64,000 nucleotides of DNA from an uncultured Terracidiphilus sp. GTDB lineage: Bacteria > Acidobacteriota > Terriglobia > Terriglobales > Acidobacteriaceae. Position 1 is the first letter of the stretch. The number at the start of each line of letters is the position of its first letter. The notes below the pieces were generated by a model, which saw only the letters and a program-made list of their open reading frames with translations, made no database searches and had not been told where the DNA came from. The stretch is taken from positions 3,897 through 67,896 of the forward strand of contig CAZKJB010000001.1 of the NCBI GenBank assembly GCA_964552975.1. Direction: 5' to 3'. Shown piece after piece: positions 48,289-58,259 of the stretch. The position numbers and the translations under genes are program-made.

Positions 48289-49341
48289 ATGAAAAGCATG
48301 ATGCTTGGAGAAGTGGAAATTGGGCCGAATCGCCCCCCCTATATCATCGCAGAGGTAGGATCGAATCATAACGGTGATATGAATCTCTGCCGCCGATTGA
48401 TTGATGCGGCTGCAGAAGCCGGAGCGAATGCTGTCAAGTTTCAATCGTGGACCGATAAGTCACTCATTGCTGAAGAGGAATACGCCCGCAACACAGAGTA
48501 TTCCGACAAGAAGAAACACTTCGGCTCATTGAGAGAAATGGTTACTGCCTATCAGTTGACTTCGGAACAGCATCGCGAGGCACATGCTCACTGCCAGGCC
48601 GCAGGAATTGCATTTTGCTCGACACCTTTCTCGATCGAAGAAGTCGATCTCCTCGAAGAGCTCGACGTACCGTTCTTCAAAATTGCTTCAATGGATGTGG
48701 TGCATCTGCCTCTCTTGAAGTACGTGGCCCGCAAGCAGCGGCCGGTCGTCATTTCAACCGGCATGGCCACACTTGGAGAGATTGAGGAAGCTGTCGAGGT
48801 GGTCCGCGCTGAAGGGAATGAGCAGATCGTCCTTCTGCATTGCGTCTCAATCTACCCCCCTGAATATGGCACAATTCATCTCCGAAATATGGCAACTTTG
48901 CAGCGAGCCTTCGATGTGCCCGTGGGGTTCAGTGATCATACTCTGGGCACCGCCATTCCACTTGCAGCCATCGCAATTGGCGCATGCATTATCGAAAAAC
49001 ACTTCACGCTCGATCAGGATATGGAAGGCTGGGATCACGCCATCTCTGCCGATCCCGTGCAACTGAGAACGATTGTTACTGAAGGAAGAAATATCTTCTC
49101 CGCGCTGGGCGATACCCATAGAGTTGTCAGTCGAGAAGAGATGGAGAAGCGCAAGAAATTCCGGCGGAGTCTCGTCGCAAGGCACTCGCTCGAACAGGGA
49201 CATCTGCTGATCGAATCGGATCTCGATGCCAAGCGCCCTGGCACCGGGATATCTCCCAGCGAACTTTCCTATGTCATCGGGCGGCGTCTGGTATGCGACG
49301 TCGCTGCGGACCAGGTGCTCGATTGGAAGCATTTGGGTTGA
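48289..49341 (+). CDS. neuB: Nonulosonic acid synthase (NeuB/LegI family) with SAF domain
   Basis: IIAEVGSNHNG, KFQ, KIAS, STGM, HCVSIYP, GFSDHT, IEKHFT, KRPGTGI. Confidence 0.93.
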   Translation: MKSMMLGEVEIGPNRPPYIIAEVGSNHNGDMNLCRRLIDAAAEAGANAVKFQSWTDKSLIAEEEYARNTEYSDKKKHFGSLREMVTAYQLTSEQHREAHAHCQAAGIAFCSTPFSIEEVDLLEELDVPFFKIASMDVVHLPLLKYVARKQRPVVISTGMATLGEIEEAVEVVRAEGNEQIVLLHCVSIYPPEYGTIHLRNMATLQRAFDVPVGFSDHTLGTAIPLAAIAIGACIIEKHFTLDQDMEGWDHAISADPVQLRTIVTEGRNIFSALGDTHRVVSREEMEKRKKFRRSLVARHSLEQGHLLIESDLDAKRPGTGISPSELSYVIGRRLVCDVAADQVLDWKHLG

Positions 49342-50009
49342 CGGATCGGGATCAAACTTCGAAACTGCCTCTGATTATCGTTGGAGGCGGCGGTCACGCC
49401 AAGGTCGTGGCCAGCACACTGCTCCTTCAGCATCGGGTAGTTCTTGGGTTTGTTGACGTAGATCCGGCGACGCCACCGTTGTTGGGCATTGCGAATCTGG
49501 GCAACGACGACACAGTCTTTGATTATTCTCCCGATCGCGTGCGACTGGTCAACGGAGTGGGTTCGGTCAAATCTACGACCCTGCGTCAAACGATTTATGA
49601 AAACTTTGTCTCGAAGGATTATTCCTTTGAAACTGTCATTCACCCATCCGCCATTGTCTCGCCCGATGTAGAGGTGGGAGCCGGCGTCCAAATTATGGCC
49701 GGCGCCGTTGTACAGCCGGGCTGCCAGGTGGGATTTAATGCGATTATCAACACTGGGGCCTGTGTCGACCACGACTGTGTGATCGGCGCGCATGCGCACA
49801 TTGCACCTGGAGCGACCTTATCGGGACGGGTTCACGTTGGGAGCGGCTCGCAAATCGGAACCGGTGCCACCATCATCCAAGGCATCACGGTAGGTGCGTC
49901 TAGCATTGTCGGCGCGGGCGCGGTTGTCATACGCAATGTACCCGATGGAGTTATTGTTGTCGGCGTCCCAGCAGCTTTGCTGACATCTCGCGTTGCATCC
50001 CGGCCATAA
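49338..50009 (+). CDS. NeuD/PglD/LegH-family sugar acetyltransferase
   Basis: GGGGHAKVV, IHPSA, NTGACVDHDC, VGVPA; TTGA overlap with the upstream stop. Confidence 0.9.
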   Translation: MTDRDQTSKLPLIIVGGGGHAKVVASTLLLQHRVVLGFVDVDPATPPLLGIANLGNDDTVFDYSPDRVRLVNGVGSVKSTTLRQTIYENFVSKDYSFETVIHPSAIVSPDVEVGAGVQIMAGAVVQPGCQVGFNAIINTGACVDHDCVIGAHAHIAPGATLSGRVHVGSGSQIGTGATIIQGITVGASSIVGAGAVVIRNVPDGVIVVGVPAALLTSRVASRP

Positions 50010-50016
50010 AAACCAT

Positions 50017-51411
50017 ATGACAAGTAAGCCCGTATATATCGTTCACTGCATCGACACTGAAGGTCCTCTTCACGAGTCGATCGATGCAACCTTTCAGCGG
50101 TTGCACGATATCTTCCATCTGGAGATGGAGCCGAGCGTCGACTTGCTGCACCGTCTTCAGGCGGGAGAAGTGAATCTTGGCGGCCTCGAGGCCGCAGTCC
50201 AAAAGGTGGTCGATCCACACTTGCTCGCCTATAACGACACCTGGGACAAAATCGATTCGATGTTAGCCGAAATTATGAGCGAGCCATTCCGTACGCAGGT
50301 ACGCGACTCGGCAGGAAATGGATGGGTTTACAACTGGTTTTGCGTTGACCACGTCGACTACGATTTGAATCCACGACGTAGGGACATGGGTTATCACAAT
50401 GTCTTTGATCATTACCGGGCGTTGGTTCGTTCCACCGGCTCGTTCGGCGATGGAATACACTTCCACTATCATCCTCATTCGTTTCGTAAAGAAGCTCATC
50501 GATGCGCCACGCACTGGTGGGCGTCCTCCGATAGCCTGCACCAGATTTTGTCTCGCAGGGTCATCGACCACCTGTGGTTTCCCGCCGCGCATCGCCCTGG
50601 ATTTCACGTGATCCGGCCGGAGAGCCATTGGTTCTTGGAGCAATATGTTCCCTTCGATTTCTCCAGTCAGGCTGTCACGAACTCCGCGAGCGATGGCGCC
50701 CAGTTCGGATTGCTCGGCGGTCGATTCGGAGATTGGCGCCGCGCACCCAAGACATGGGAACCTTATCATCCCTCCAAAGACGACTACCAGGTTCCAGGCG
50801 ACTGCCGCAGATGGATCGCCCGATGCCTCAACGTCGGGACCCGCTATCGTTTGCTGAGCGAGCAGGATGTTAGGCAGGCCTTTGATGAGGCGTCCGAAGG
50901 CAAACCAGTGATCCTGGCTATCACAAATCATGATTTCCGGGACATGGCGCCGGACGTCAACCTCACCCGCGAATTGGTCCAGCGCGTTGCTGAGGATTAT
51001 CCTGACACGCCGTTTCTATTTTCAGAAGCGATCACGGCGATGCGTTCTGCTTTGAATCTTGAACCGCTGGAACCATGTGAGCTCGAGCTAACGATGCACC
51101 GGGTGGACGACTCTACACATATCTTGACTGTCGAGTCTAGGATCGCAACCTTCGGCCCACAACCTTGGCTGGCTCTGAAGACAGTCGACGGTACTTATCA
51201 CTTTGATAACTTCGATATGGATACACCTTTCCATCGGTGGCAGTATGTCTTTGATGAGGAGACCTTTCCATTGTCCGCATTGAATGCCATTGGAGTCGCC
51301 GCAAACAACGCGTCCGGAGCGACGACGGTGGCAGTGATGAACCCTGCGACGGGAGAGGTCCGTAGAAAGCACTGGAATCTGTCTCACTCTGCGGTGCCAG
51401 AGACAGTCTGA
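50017..51411 (+). CDS. Hypothetical protein, possible metal-dependent carbohydrate hydrolase/deacetylase fold
   Basis: HCIDTEG, HFHYH, RPG, NHD motifs; long ORF within the nonulosonate genes. Confidence 0.55.
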   Translation: MTSKPVYIVHCIDTEGPLHESIDATFQRLHDIFHLEMEPSVDLLHRLQAGEVNLGGLEAAVQKVVDPHLLAYNDTWDKIDSMLAEIMSEPFRTQVRDSAGNGWVYNWFCVDHVDYDLNPRRRDMGYHNVFDHYRALVRSTGSFGDGIHFHYHPHSFRKEAHRCATHWWASSDSLHQILSRRVIDHLWFPAAHRPGFHVIRPESHWFLEQYVPFDFSSQAVTNSASDGAQFGLLGGRFGDWRRAPKTWEPYHPSKDDYQVPGDCRRWIARCLNVGTRYRLLSEQDVRQAFDEASEGKPVILAITNHDFRDMAPDVNLTRELVQRVAEDYPDTPFLFSEAITAMRSALNLEPLEPCELELTMHRVDDSTHILTVESRIATFGPQPWLALKTVDGTYHFDNFDMDTPFHRWQYVFDEETFPLSALNAIGVAANNASGATTVAVMNPATGEVRRKHWNLSHSAVPETV

Positions 51412-51532
51412 AATCTCCTGCCGACGAGCAAATGCCCGGAATCAGACCTGCAGCCGGTCATCATTGCCTATACCACTGGTTAGGTATGTCAATGGCAGTG
51501 TCATTCTTCCATAATGAAAGTAAGTTCCAACA

Positions 51533-52987
51533 ATGGACCCGTCTAAGTTGCCAATCATGAACGATAGCATTCGCCAAGCGCGTCTCGAGAGCGTCATCAT
51601 ATCTCCCTCCTGTTCGATCAGCGAGGCGATGGTGCATCTCGATGAGGCCGGAACCGGCGCCCTCGTCTTGTGCACCGGCAATCGAATCGTTGTTGGCCTT
51701 CTGACAGACGGTGATATTCGCCGAGCGATTCTTAAGGGCCGACCGCTGGATGATTCGTGCGGCTCGATCGCGAACAAGAAACCGATACTTGCTGTTCGGC
51801 CCGTTAGTGCCGCTGAGGCGCTGGGGGTCATGAACCAGCGTGACATCCATCATCTGCCTGTCGTGGATTCGGAGGGAGTCCTCGCGGACTTCATCCTGCG
51901 CCAGGATCTTAAGGCAGAGACTGAACTGTATGCATCCGCTACCGAACGCCTTGAAAGTGTGATGATTCCGCCGACCGCTTCCATTGCCGAGGCAGTGGAG
52001 CAATTGGAAAAGGCTGGAACAGGGGCGTTGGTTCTCTGCGCAACCGGTGGCACTCTGTGTGGGTTGTTGACTGACGGAGATATTCGCAGAGCAATTCTTC
52101 ACGGCAAATCCATGGACATTCCGTGCGAAGCGATCGCCAGTTCGAAGCCGGTGATCGCGCCCCAATCCATTTCCATGGCAGAAGCACTGCACCTCATGAA
52201 CCAGCACGACATACATCATTTGCCGGTTGTCGACTCGGCGAACCACGTGGTGAAGTTCCTGTTACGCAAAGATCTGGTGGCGGAACCGAGGGTGGACCTT
52301 TCGGCAGTGATCATGGCAGGTGGGTACGGAAAGCGCTTGATGCCATTGACTGAAAGTGTGCCCAAGCCAATGCTGCCGGTGGGTGATCGTCCCTTGCTGG
52401 AGCATGTAATTCAGCAACTGCGCCGCTCCGGGATCCATGAAGTAAACATGACTACTCACTATCTTCCGGAGTCTATTTCGAACCATTTTGGGGGTGGCGA
52501 AGATTTCGGTGTCCGGCTGAACTACTTGAAGGAAGACAACCCGATGGGTACGGCTGGCGGCCTGAAGCTGATGAAGCGGCCCGATGGTCCGTTTCTCGTC
52601 GTCAACGGCGACATCCTCACAGGTGTTCCCTTTCAGGAAATGCTGATGTATCACCGCCAGCATCGGGCGGAGATTACTGTAGGTGTCCGCAAGTATGAAA
52701 TGCAGGTCCCATTCGGTGTTGTGCAGTGCGATGACGTGCAGATCACGGGCCTTCAGGAAAAACCATCGCTGAGTTTCTTTATCAACGCAGGAACTTATCT
52801 GCTTGAACCGTCAGCATACGATTCCATCCCCGAAGGGCGGCCGTTCGATATGACGGACCTGATACAGAAGCTGCTGGATGCAGGAAGGACCGTCGTCGGT
52901 TTTCCCATCATGGAATATTGGATCGACGTTGGACGGCCCGAGGACTATAAGAAGGTCCAGGAATTCGCAACGAACGGACGAATCTGA
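51533..52987 (+). CDS. Sugar-1-phosphate nucleotidyltransferase with tandem CBS pairs (PtmE/LegX-like)
   Basis: Two LLTDGDIRRAIL...HHLPVVD repeats; MAGGYGKRLMPLT..PKPML, GTAG, NGD, WIDVG. Confidence 0.9.
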   Translation: MDPSKLPIMNDSIRQARLESVIISPSCSISEAMVHLDEAGTGALVLCTGNRIVVGLLTDGDIRRAILKGRPLDDSCGSIANKKPILAVRPVSAAEALGVMNQRDIHHLPVVDSEGVLADFILRQDLKAETELYASATERLESVMIPPTASIAEAVEQLEKAGTGALVLCATGGTLCGLLTDGDIRRAILHGKSMDIPCEAIASSKPVIAPQSISMAEALHLMNQHDIHHLPVVDSANHVVKFLLRKDLVAEPRVDLSAVIMAGGYGKRLMPLTESVPKPMLPVGDRPLLEHVIQQLRRSGIHEVNMTTHYLPESISNHFGGGEDFGVRLNYLKEDNPMGTAGGLKLMKRPDGPFLVVNGDILTGVPFQEMLMYHRQHRAEITVGVRKYEMQVPFGVVQCDDVQITGLQEKPSLSFFINAGTYLLEPSAYDSIPEGRPFDMTDLIQKLLDAGRTVVGFPIMEYWIDVGRPEDYKKVQEFATNGRI

Positions 52988-52988
52988 C

Positions 52989-53957
52989 ATGAAAATCTTG
53001 ATTACCGGCGGTGCCGGATATATAGGTTCCACCCTCGCTCCACTTCTTCTTGCCGGCGGCCACGAGGTCCGGGTGTTGGACTGTCTCGCGTTCGGCGGTA
53101 ATTCGCTTCTCGGAAGCTGGTGCGAGCCTGGATTCGAATTCATTCACGGAGACATACGCGATCTTTCGACGATGCGAGCCGCCCTGCTCGGCCGGGACGC
53201 AGTGGTCCATCTGGCCGCCGTCGTTGGCGATCCGGCCTGTTCGCGCCAACCAGATCTGGCCCGCGCCACCAATCTCGACGCGTCCATGGCTTTGATCGAA
53301 GAGAGCAAGCGCGCCGGAGTCAAGCGGTTCATATTCGCGTCCACCTGCAGTAACTACGGAAAAATGAAGGATCCTACTCAATTCGTGGACGAGGATTCCG
53401 ACCTGAGCCCAGTTTCTCTTTACGCCGAAACTAAAGTCGCCGTAGAGAAGGCGCTACTGCAATCTGGCACCAACGGAGCCTGGTGTCCCACCCCCCTGCG
53501 TTTCGCCACGGTGTATGGCGTGTCACCGCGAATGCGCTTCGACTTGACCGTTAACGAGTTCACTATGGAGTTATTGGTCAATAAGAGCCTCAAGGTATTT
53601 GGTGAGCAATTCTGGAGACCCTATATACATGTGCGGGACGTGGCCCGGGCAATTCAATTAGTCCTCGAATCGCCGGAACATCTTGTCAGCGCTCGAGTCT
53701 TCAATGTTGGAGCGACAGATCAGAACTATCAAAAACAACAGTTGGTTGGACTGATCCATCCGTATGCGCCGGACGCAGTCGTTGAGTATGTGCACAAGGC
53801 AGAGGATCCGCGCGATTACCGGGTTTCCTTCACTCGGGTCACGAATGAGCTTGGATTCAAGACCACACGCACTGTTGCCAATGGCATCGCCGAAATCGCG
53901 CGATTGGTGGAGGGAAATGTGATCACGAACTTCGGCGAATCCTCATATCGCAATTGA
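52989..53957 (+). CDS. NAD-dependent epimerase/dehydratase (extended SDR)
   Basis: TGGAGYIG, HLAA, STCSNYG, YAETK. Confidence 0.9.
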   Translation: MKILITGGAGYIGSTLAPLLLAGGHEVRVLDCLAFGGNSLLGSWCEPGFEFIHGDIRDLSTMRAALLGRDAVVHLAAVVGDPACSRQPDLARATNLDASMALIEESKRAGVKRFIFASTCSNYGKMKDPTQFVDEDSDLSPVSLYAETKVAVEKALLQSGTNGAWCPTPLRFATVYGVSPRMRFDLTVNEFTMELLVNKSLKVFGEQFWRPYIHVRDVARAIQLVLESPEHLVSARVFNVGATDQNYQKQQLVGLIHPYAPDAVVEYVHKAEDPRDYRVSFTRVTNELGFKTTRTVANGIAEIARLVEGNVITNFGESSYRN

Positions 53958-54208
53958 CCTCACCCGGAAAGTCCTTTGCGCGCCGTGAGTAGGTTTACTC
54001 GACGGCCCCTATCATTCGCCTGATAATTGGATATCGGATCAACATAAAGATAATTCGGCTCACCGTTGCCAAAATCACGGCAGTCGAGCCAGGGTGCCAA
54101 TCGGTCATGATGCAGGCATGGCGCTTTCGAACCGGATTGTAGCTTATACCCGTAATCGTTCTCAAGACAGCAGAAATACTCAGTGATATAGCTGAGGGAG
54201 GTCTTCAC

Positions 54209-56287
54209 ATGGCTAATCTTAATGGCACGTCGGCTGTGAGGCCGCTGAGTGTCTATTTAGGCGACCTGACATATACCACTCTTTCACTTGCGACCGACGC
54301 GTTCCCTCTCAACGTCGGCTTTATCGCAGCCTACGCGGCGCATCGCTTCGGCAAAGAGATTGATGTGAAATTGTTTAAGTATGTCGACGATCTGGAGCAG
54401 GCGATCAATGAAAGGCCACCGGACATTCTCGGTCTGAGCAACTACCCATGGAATTTCAATCTCGGATTGGAATTCTTCAGAATGAGCCGGGAAGTTTCAC
54501 CCAACACAATCTGCGTGATGGGCGGTCCAAATATACCTCTCGAAGAGGAGGCGCGCAGAGAGTTTGTCAAGCGCAACCCGCTGATTGACTTTTACGCTTA
54601 TCTCGAGGGCGAAGAGGCGTTCGCATCACTCCTGGCTCGCGCGTTTGATGCAAATGTTGACCGCGAGAAAATGAAAGAGACCCCGATCGATGGGTTTATT
54701 CACCGAATTAGTGACACAGAAGTCATGAGCGGGACGATGCTTCCTCGGCGACGTGATCTTGATGAAATCCCATCTCCATACCTTACCGGTTATATGGACA
54801 AGTTTTTCGATGGCAAGCTCTCTCCTATGATGGAAACCAACCGCGGGTGCCCATTCTCATGTACCTTCTGCCACGAGGGAAACCAGCTCATTTCGAAGGT
54901 GAACCATTTCAGCATTGACCGAGTGAAGGCGGAGCTCGACTATATTGCTGCCGCGGTAGAGAGAGCTCCAAATCTCATCACGAATCTGATGTTCGCTGAT
55001 CCCAATTTTGCGATGTACGAGCGTGACTACGAAATCGTAGAACACATTGAGCGAATTCAGCAAAAACAGAATTGGCCGCGTTCAATCTTTGCCTCGACAG
55101 GCAAGAATAAGAAGGAGCGAATTGCTAAAGCGCTCCGAAAGCTCAATGGTTCCATGTCGATGTGGATGTCTGTCCAGTCGATGGATCCGGTCGTGCTCCA
55201 GCAGATTGAGCGGGACAACATCAGCACCTCGCAGATGTTGGCTCTTGCGAGCGTGTATCAGGAACTCGGCCTCCCGACTCTCTCGGAGCTTATTCTGGGT
55301 CTGCCTGGTGATTCCTACGAACGGCATGTCAAGTCCCTTTCCGACGTTGTAGAGGCTGGAATTGACATCATCGATACATATACGTGCATGTTGCTCAACG
55401 GCACGAAACTCAATTCGGCGTTCAGTCGGGCCACCTATAACATTGGCTCGCACTTTCGAATCCTGCCACGGGATTTCGCGAAGCTGGGTAATGGACGAAT
55501 TGCCGTCGAGATCGAAGAAGTTGTCAGCTCTACAAACACCATGTCATTTGAGGACTACGTGGAGGCGCGAAAGCTGCATCTGATGGTCGCTGTTGTGTAC
55601 AACGGCGGTGGCTTCAGTCCTTTGTTGAGACTTATGAGGCAGAATCGTGTTTCTATCATTGGGTTGCTCCAGCGCCTGGTCTTCGGCATTCACGCGGCGC
55701 CAGACTCTTTGCAGGCGATCTTCAATTCGTTCGTGCGCCTCACAAAAGAAGAACTGTGGGACTCTGAAGACGAGCTTCGAGCATATGTGCGGGCAGACAA
55801 CAATTACGAGAAGCTGCTGAAGGGCGAAATTGGCATCAATCTCATTCAAACTCACACGGCGATGAGTTTGGCGGTCATGGATGATTGGGTGAAATACGTC
55901 TTCGAGACAGCTGCGCAGATGCTCGGCGAAGTGATCGATGGCAACACTGAGGCGTCGGAGATCTTCGCAGATGTGAAGGGTTACTGCGCCGGACGCACGC
56001 ACAATCTTTGGGGTAGCGATCGTAACGAGGACAATCCTTCTGTGTTGTTGCGCTACGATGTTGCCGCCTGGATGCGGAGCCCGCTTTCGATGTCGCTTGA
56101 GCAGTTTCGATTCGACACCCCAGTAATGCATCAATTTAACTTTTCGGGCGCCAAACAGCAGGAGATGGCAGCATTAATCAAGAGATACGGCACCACGCCC
56201 ACCGGGATTGGAAGAATCATCATACAGATGGGGCGCAATCGGATATGGCGTGAAGAAGAGGCATTAACCTCCGCGACCCTCCAGTGA
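54209..56287 (+). CDS. Cobalamin-binding radical SAM protein
   Basis: N-terminal B12-binding domain (LGLSNYPWN, MGGPN); IPSPY; ETNRGCPFSCTFCH (CxxxCxxC); ELILGLPGD. Confidence 0.9.
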   Translation: MANLNGTSAVRPLSVYLGDLTYTTLSLATDAFPLNVGFIAAYAAHRFGKEIDVKLFKYVDDLEQAINERPPDILGLSNYPWNFNLGLEFFRMSREVSPNTICVMGGPNIPLEEEARREFVKRNPLIDFYAYLEGEEAFASLLARAFDANVDREKMKETPIDGFIHRISDTEVMSGTMLPRRRDLDEIPSPYLTGYMDKFFDGKLSPMMETNRGCPFSCTFCHEGNQLISKVNHFSIDRVKAELDYIAAAVERAPNLITNLMFADPNFAMYERDYEIVEHIERIQQKQNWPRSIFASTGKNKKERIAKALRKLNGSMSMWMSVQSMDPVVLQQIERDNISTSQMLALASVYQELGLPTLSELILGLPGDSYERHVKSLSDVVEAGIDIIDTYTCMLLNGTKLNSAFSRATYNIGSHFRILPRDFAKLGNGRIAVEIEEVVSSTNTMSFEDYVEARKLHLMVAVVYNGGGFSPLLRLMRQNRVSIIGLLQRLVFGIHAAPDSLQAIFNSFVRLTKEELWDSEDELRAYVRADNNYEKLLKGEIGINLIQTHTAMSLAVMDDWVKYVFETAAQMLGEVIDGNTEASEIFADVKGYCAGRTHNLWGSDRNEDNPSVLLRYDVAAWMRSPLSMSLEQFRFDTPVMHQFNFSGAKQQEMAALIKRYGTTPTGIGRIIIQMGRNRIWREEEALTSATLQ

Positions 56288-56569
56288 TGGCAACAGCCGC
56301 GTATAAATCCAACGCATTGGTTTAGATTTATGCGATTGGTCACTTGTCCGCACAGCGGCTTCGTGCCCCTTGATCTGTCAAACAGCTGAGTCATTTCAGA
56401 GACTCCGCAGTCTGTACCGCCGGTCGTTGCGACCGGCTACTATTTTTTCCCCTTTCCGACGCAGCGAAATCGAGTCAAATCCATCCAATGGCTCCGAGGG
56501 CGCAAGCCGTCTGGATTCAATTTCCAATAGCAGAAATGTGACCTTGTGAAAAGGGAGATCCCGGCTTAG

Positions 56570-58132
56570 ATGCCAGAGTTGAAGGAGTTGCCCGCAAATG
56601 CGGCGAGCGTTTACAGTGGCGGCGCCGACCCATTGACGGCGCACGATCATTGGCGCAGTCGGGCATTTGAGTGGACGTTCCTCGGGCTCTTCGCCCTCCT
56701 GTTGGCCATGGTCACGGCTCGGCATCAAATGTGGGAAGACGAGTTGCAGGCGTGGTTGATTGTCCGAGACAGCAGTACCCTCGCAGAACTGTTCCATAAT
56801 CTGCGTTATGAGGGGCATCCTGCGCTCTGGTACCTTATCTTGTATATTCCTGCTCACCTATCCTGGAACCCCATATGGATGCAGGTGATCAACTTTGCGA
56901 TTGCTGTAACCACGGCGTGGCTGATTCTGTCGGCACGCACGCTTCACTGGGCATTTCGAGTACTCGCAACCTTTTCGTTCTTTGTCTTCTTCCAATACGG
57001 TGTTGTGGCGAGAAGCTATATGCTCACTGCGATGCTCCTTATCGCGGCCGTGCGATGCATGGTGGGGGAGCGCCAACACAAAGAACTTGCTATTGTATTC
57101 CTCGCACTTGCGATCGATACCCATTTCTACGCAATTCCCATTGCGATGGTCTTTGCTTTTCAAATGCTGCCTATTGATAAGCTGAAAAGCCGGCGCGACT
57201 GTGGGAAGCTATTCCGGGACCATAAATTCCAAGCGGCTTGCGCCGTGCTTTTTGCAAGCGTTTTGATCGCATACTTTACGATTCGCCCGCCCGCGGACAT
57301 ATACACGAAGCATGGCTTGGAAAAACATTCCGTAGCATATAACGTACTGTGGACGGAGAGTCGAGCCTGGCAAGCATTCGTTCCGCCCGATCGACTGACG
57401 GACCGGATGTCTTGGCTTCGTTCAGATCTCTACCCATTTGGTCCGCCCGCTGGATTTTCACTTGCCCTGTTCCTACTCTTCGCAGGCGCGCTTCGCACGG
57501 CTCGGGCCCGCCTCATATTCCTTGCTGCGTCTGCGTTTGAGCTGGTTGTCATGTCTTTAGTTTATCCGCCGGCTTTATGGCATTTCGGCCTGTTCTTCAT
57601 TACGTTCATCCTCGCATCGTTGGTCGACGCAGTCCCTTTGACTGATAGAACCGGCGGAATGCGGCTACTACATTCGATTGCCCTGGTCGCGGCTTTCCTG
57701 ATTCTTGGCCTGCAGACGGTAAGGGCAGCGACTCGGTCCCGCGAAGACTGGAAAGGCGCTTACTCTTACGCAAAACAGACAAGTGATTGGCTTGTGCAAT
57801 CGGGTCTCGACAAAGAACCGATGGTGTTCATGCCCTACCGTTCCGGGCCCGCAGTGATCGGTTACATGCAACGGCCTTCGGCTCATTATCCGGCTTGTCG
57901 GTGTGTTGGTTCGTTCGCAGTGTTGAAAACAGGAGTAGACGCAGAGCGAATTGTGACGGAGAACGAACTCGAAGATCTTTCTGGCCCGTCTCATTTGCCT
58001 GTCATCGTGGTAAGCGGCTCTGAGTTGCCGGCAGAAACTCTCCGCAGTCTGCGCGTGCAGGAACTTCGCACTTTTTCGGGCAGCCATGAGGCAAAGGAGA
58101 ACTATTACGTTTACCAAAGATTGAGCCAATGA
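56570..58132 (+). CDS. Polytopic membrane protein, probable GT-C glycosyltransferase
   Basis: HQMWEDE after TM1, YEGHPALWY, ARSY; about 11 TM segments. Confidence 0.7.
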   Translation: MPELKELPANAASVYSGGADPLTAHDHWRSRAFEWTFLGLFALLLAMVTARHQMWEDELQAWLIVRDSSTLAELFHNLRYEGHPALWYLILYIPAHLSWNPIWMQVINFAIAVTTAWLILSARTLHWAFRVLATFSFFVFFQYGVVARSYMLTAMLLIAAVRCMVGERQHKELAIVFLALAIDTHFYAIPIAMVFAFQMLPIDKLKSRRDCGKLFRDHKFQAACAVLFASVLIAYFTIRPPADIYTKHGLEKHSVAYNVLWTESRAWQAFVPPDRLTDRMSWLRSDLYPFGPPAGFSLALFLLFAGALRTARARLIFLAASAFELVVMSLVYPPALWHFGLFFITFILASLVDAVPLTDRTGGMRLLHSIALVAAFLILGLQTVRAATRSREDWKGAYSYAKQTSDWLVQSGLDKEPMVFMPYRSGPAVIGYMQRPSAHYPACRCVGSFAVLKTGVDAERIVTENELEDLSGPSHLPVIVVSGSELPAETLRSLRVQELRTFSGSHEAKENYYVYQRLSQ

Positions 58133-58259
58133 CCTAGGACTAAATTCCGAAGCATGGCATCGGGTGGTTCCTGGGTATGCACTCCGCCTCAGGCCACTCG
58201 GCCACCAAAATTGAAACCCCGCAAACCGCGAAATTGAATCCATCGAAAGGTATTCCAAT

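Noticed and set aside
30915-52246. Long minus-strand ORFs (e.g. 30915-31820, 38174-39214, 41181-41990, 51461-52246)
   Set aside because: Antisense shadows of well-supported + strand genes, typical of GC-rich codon usage
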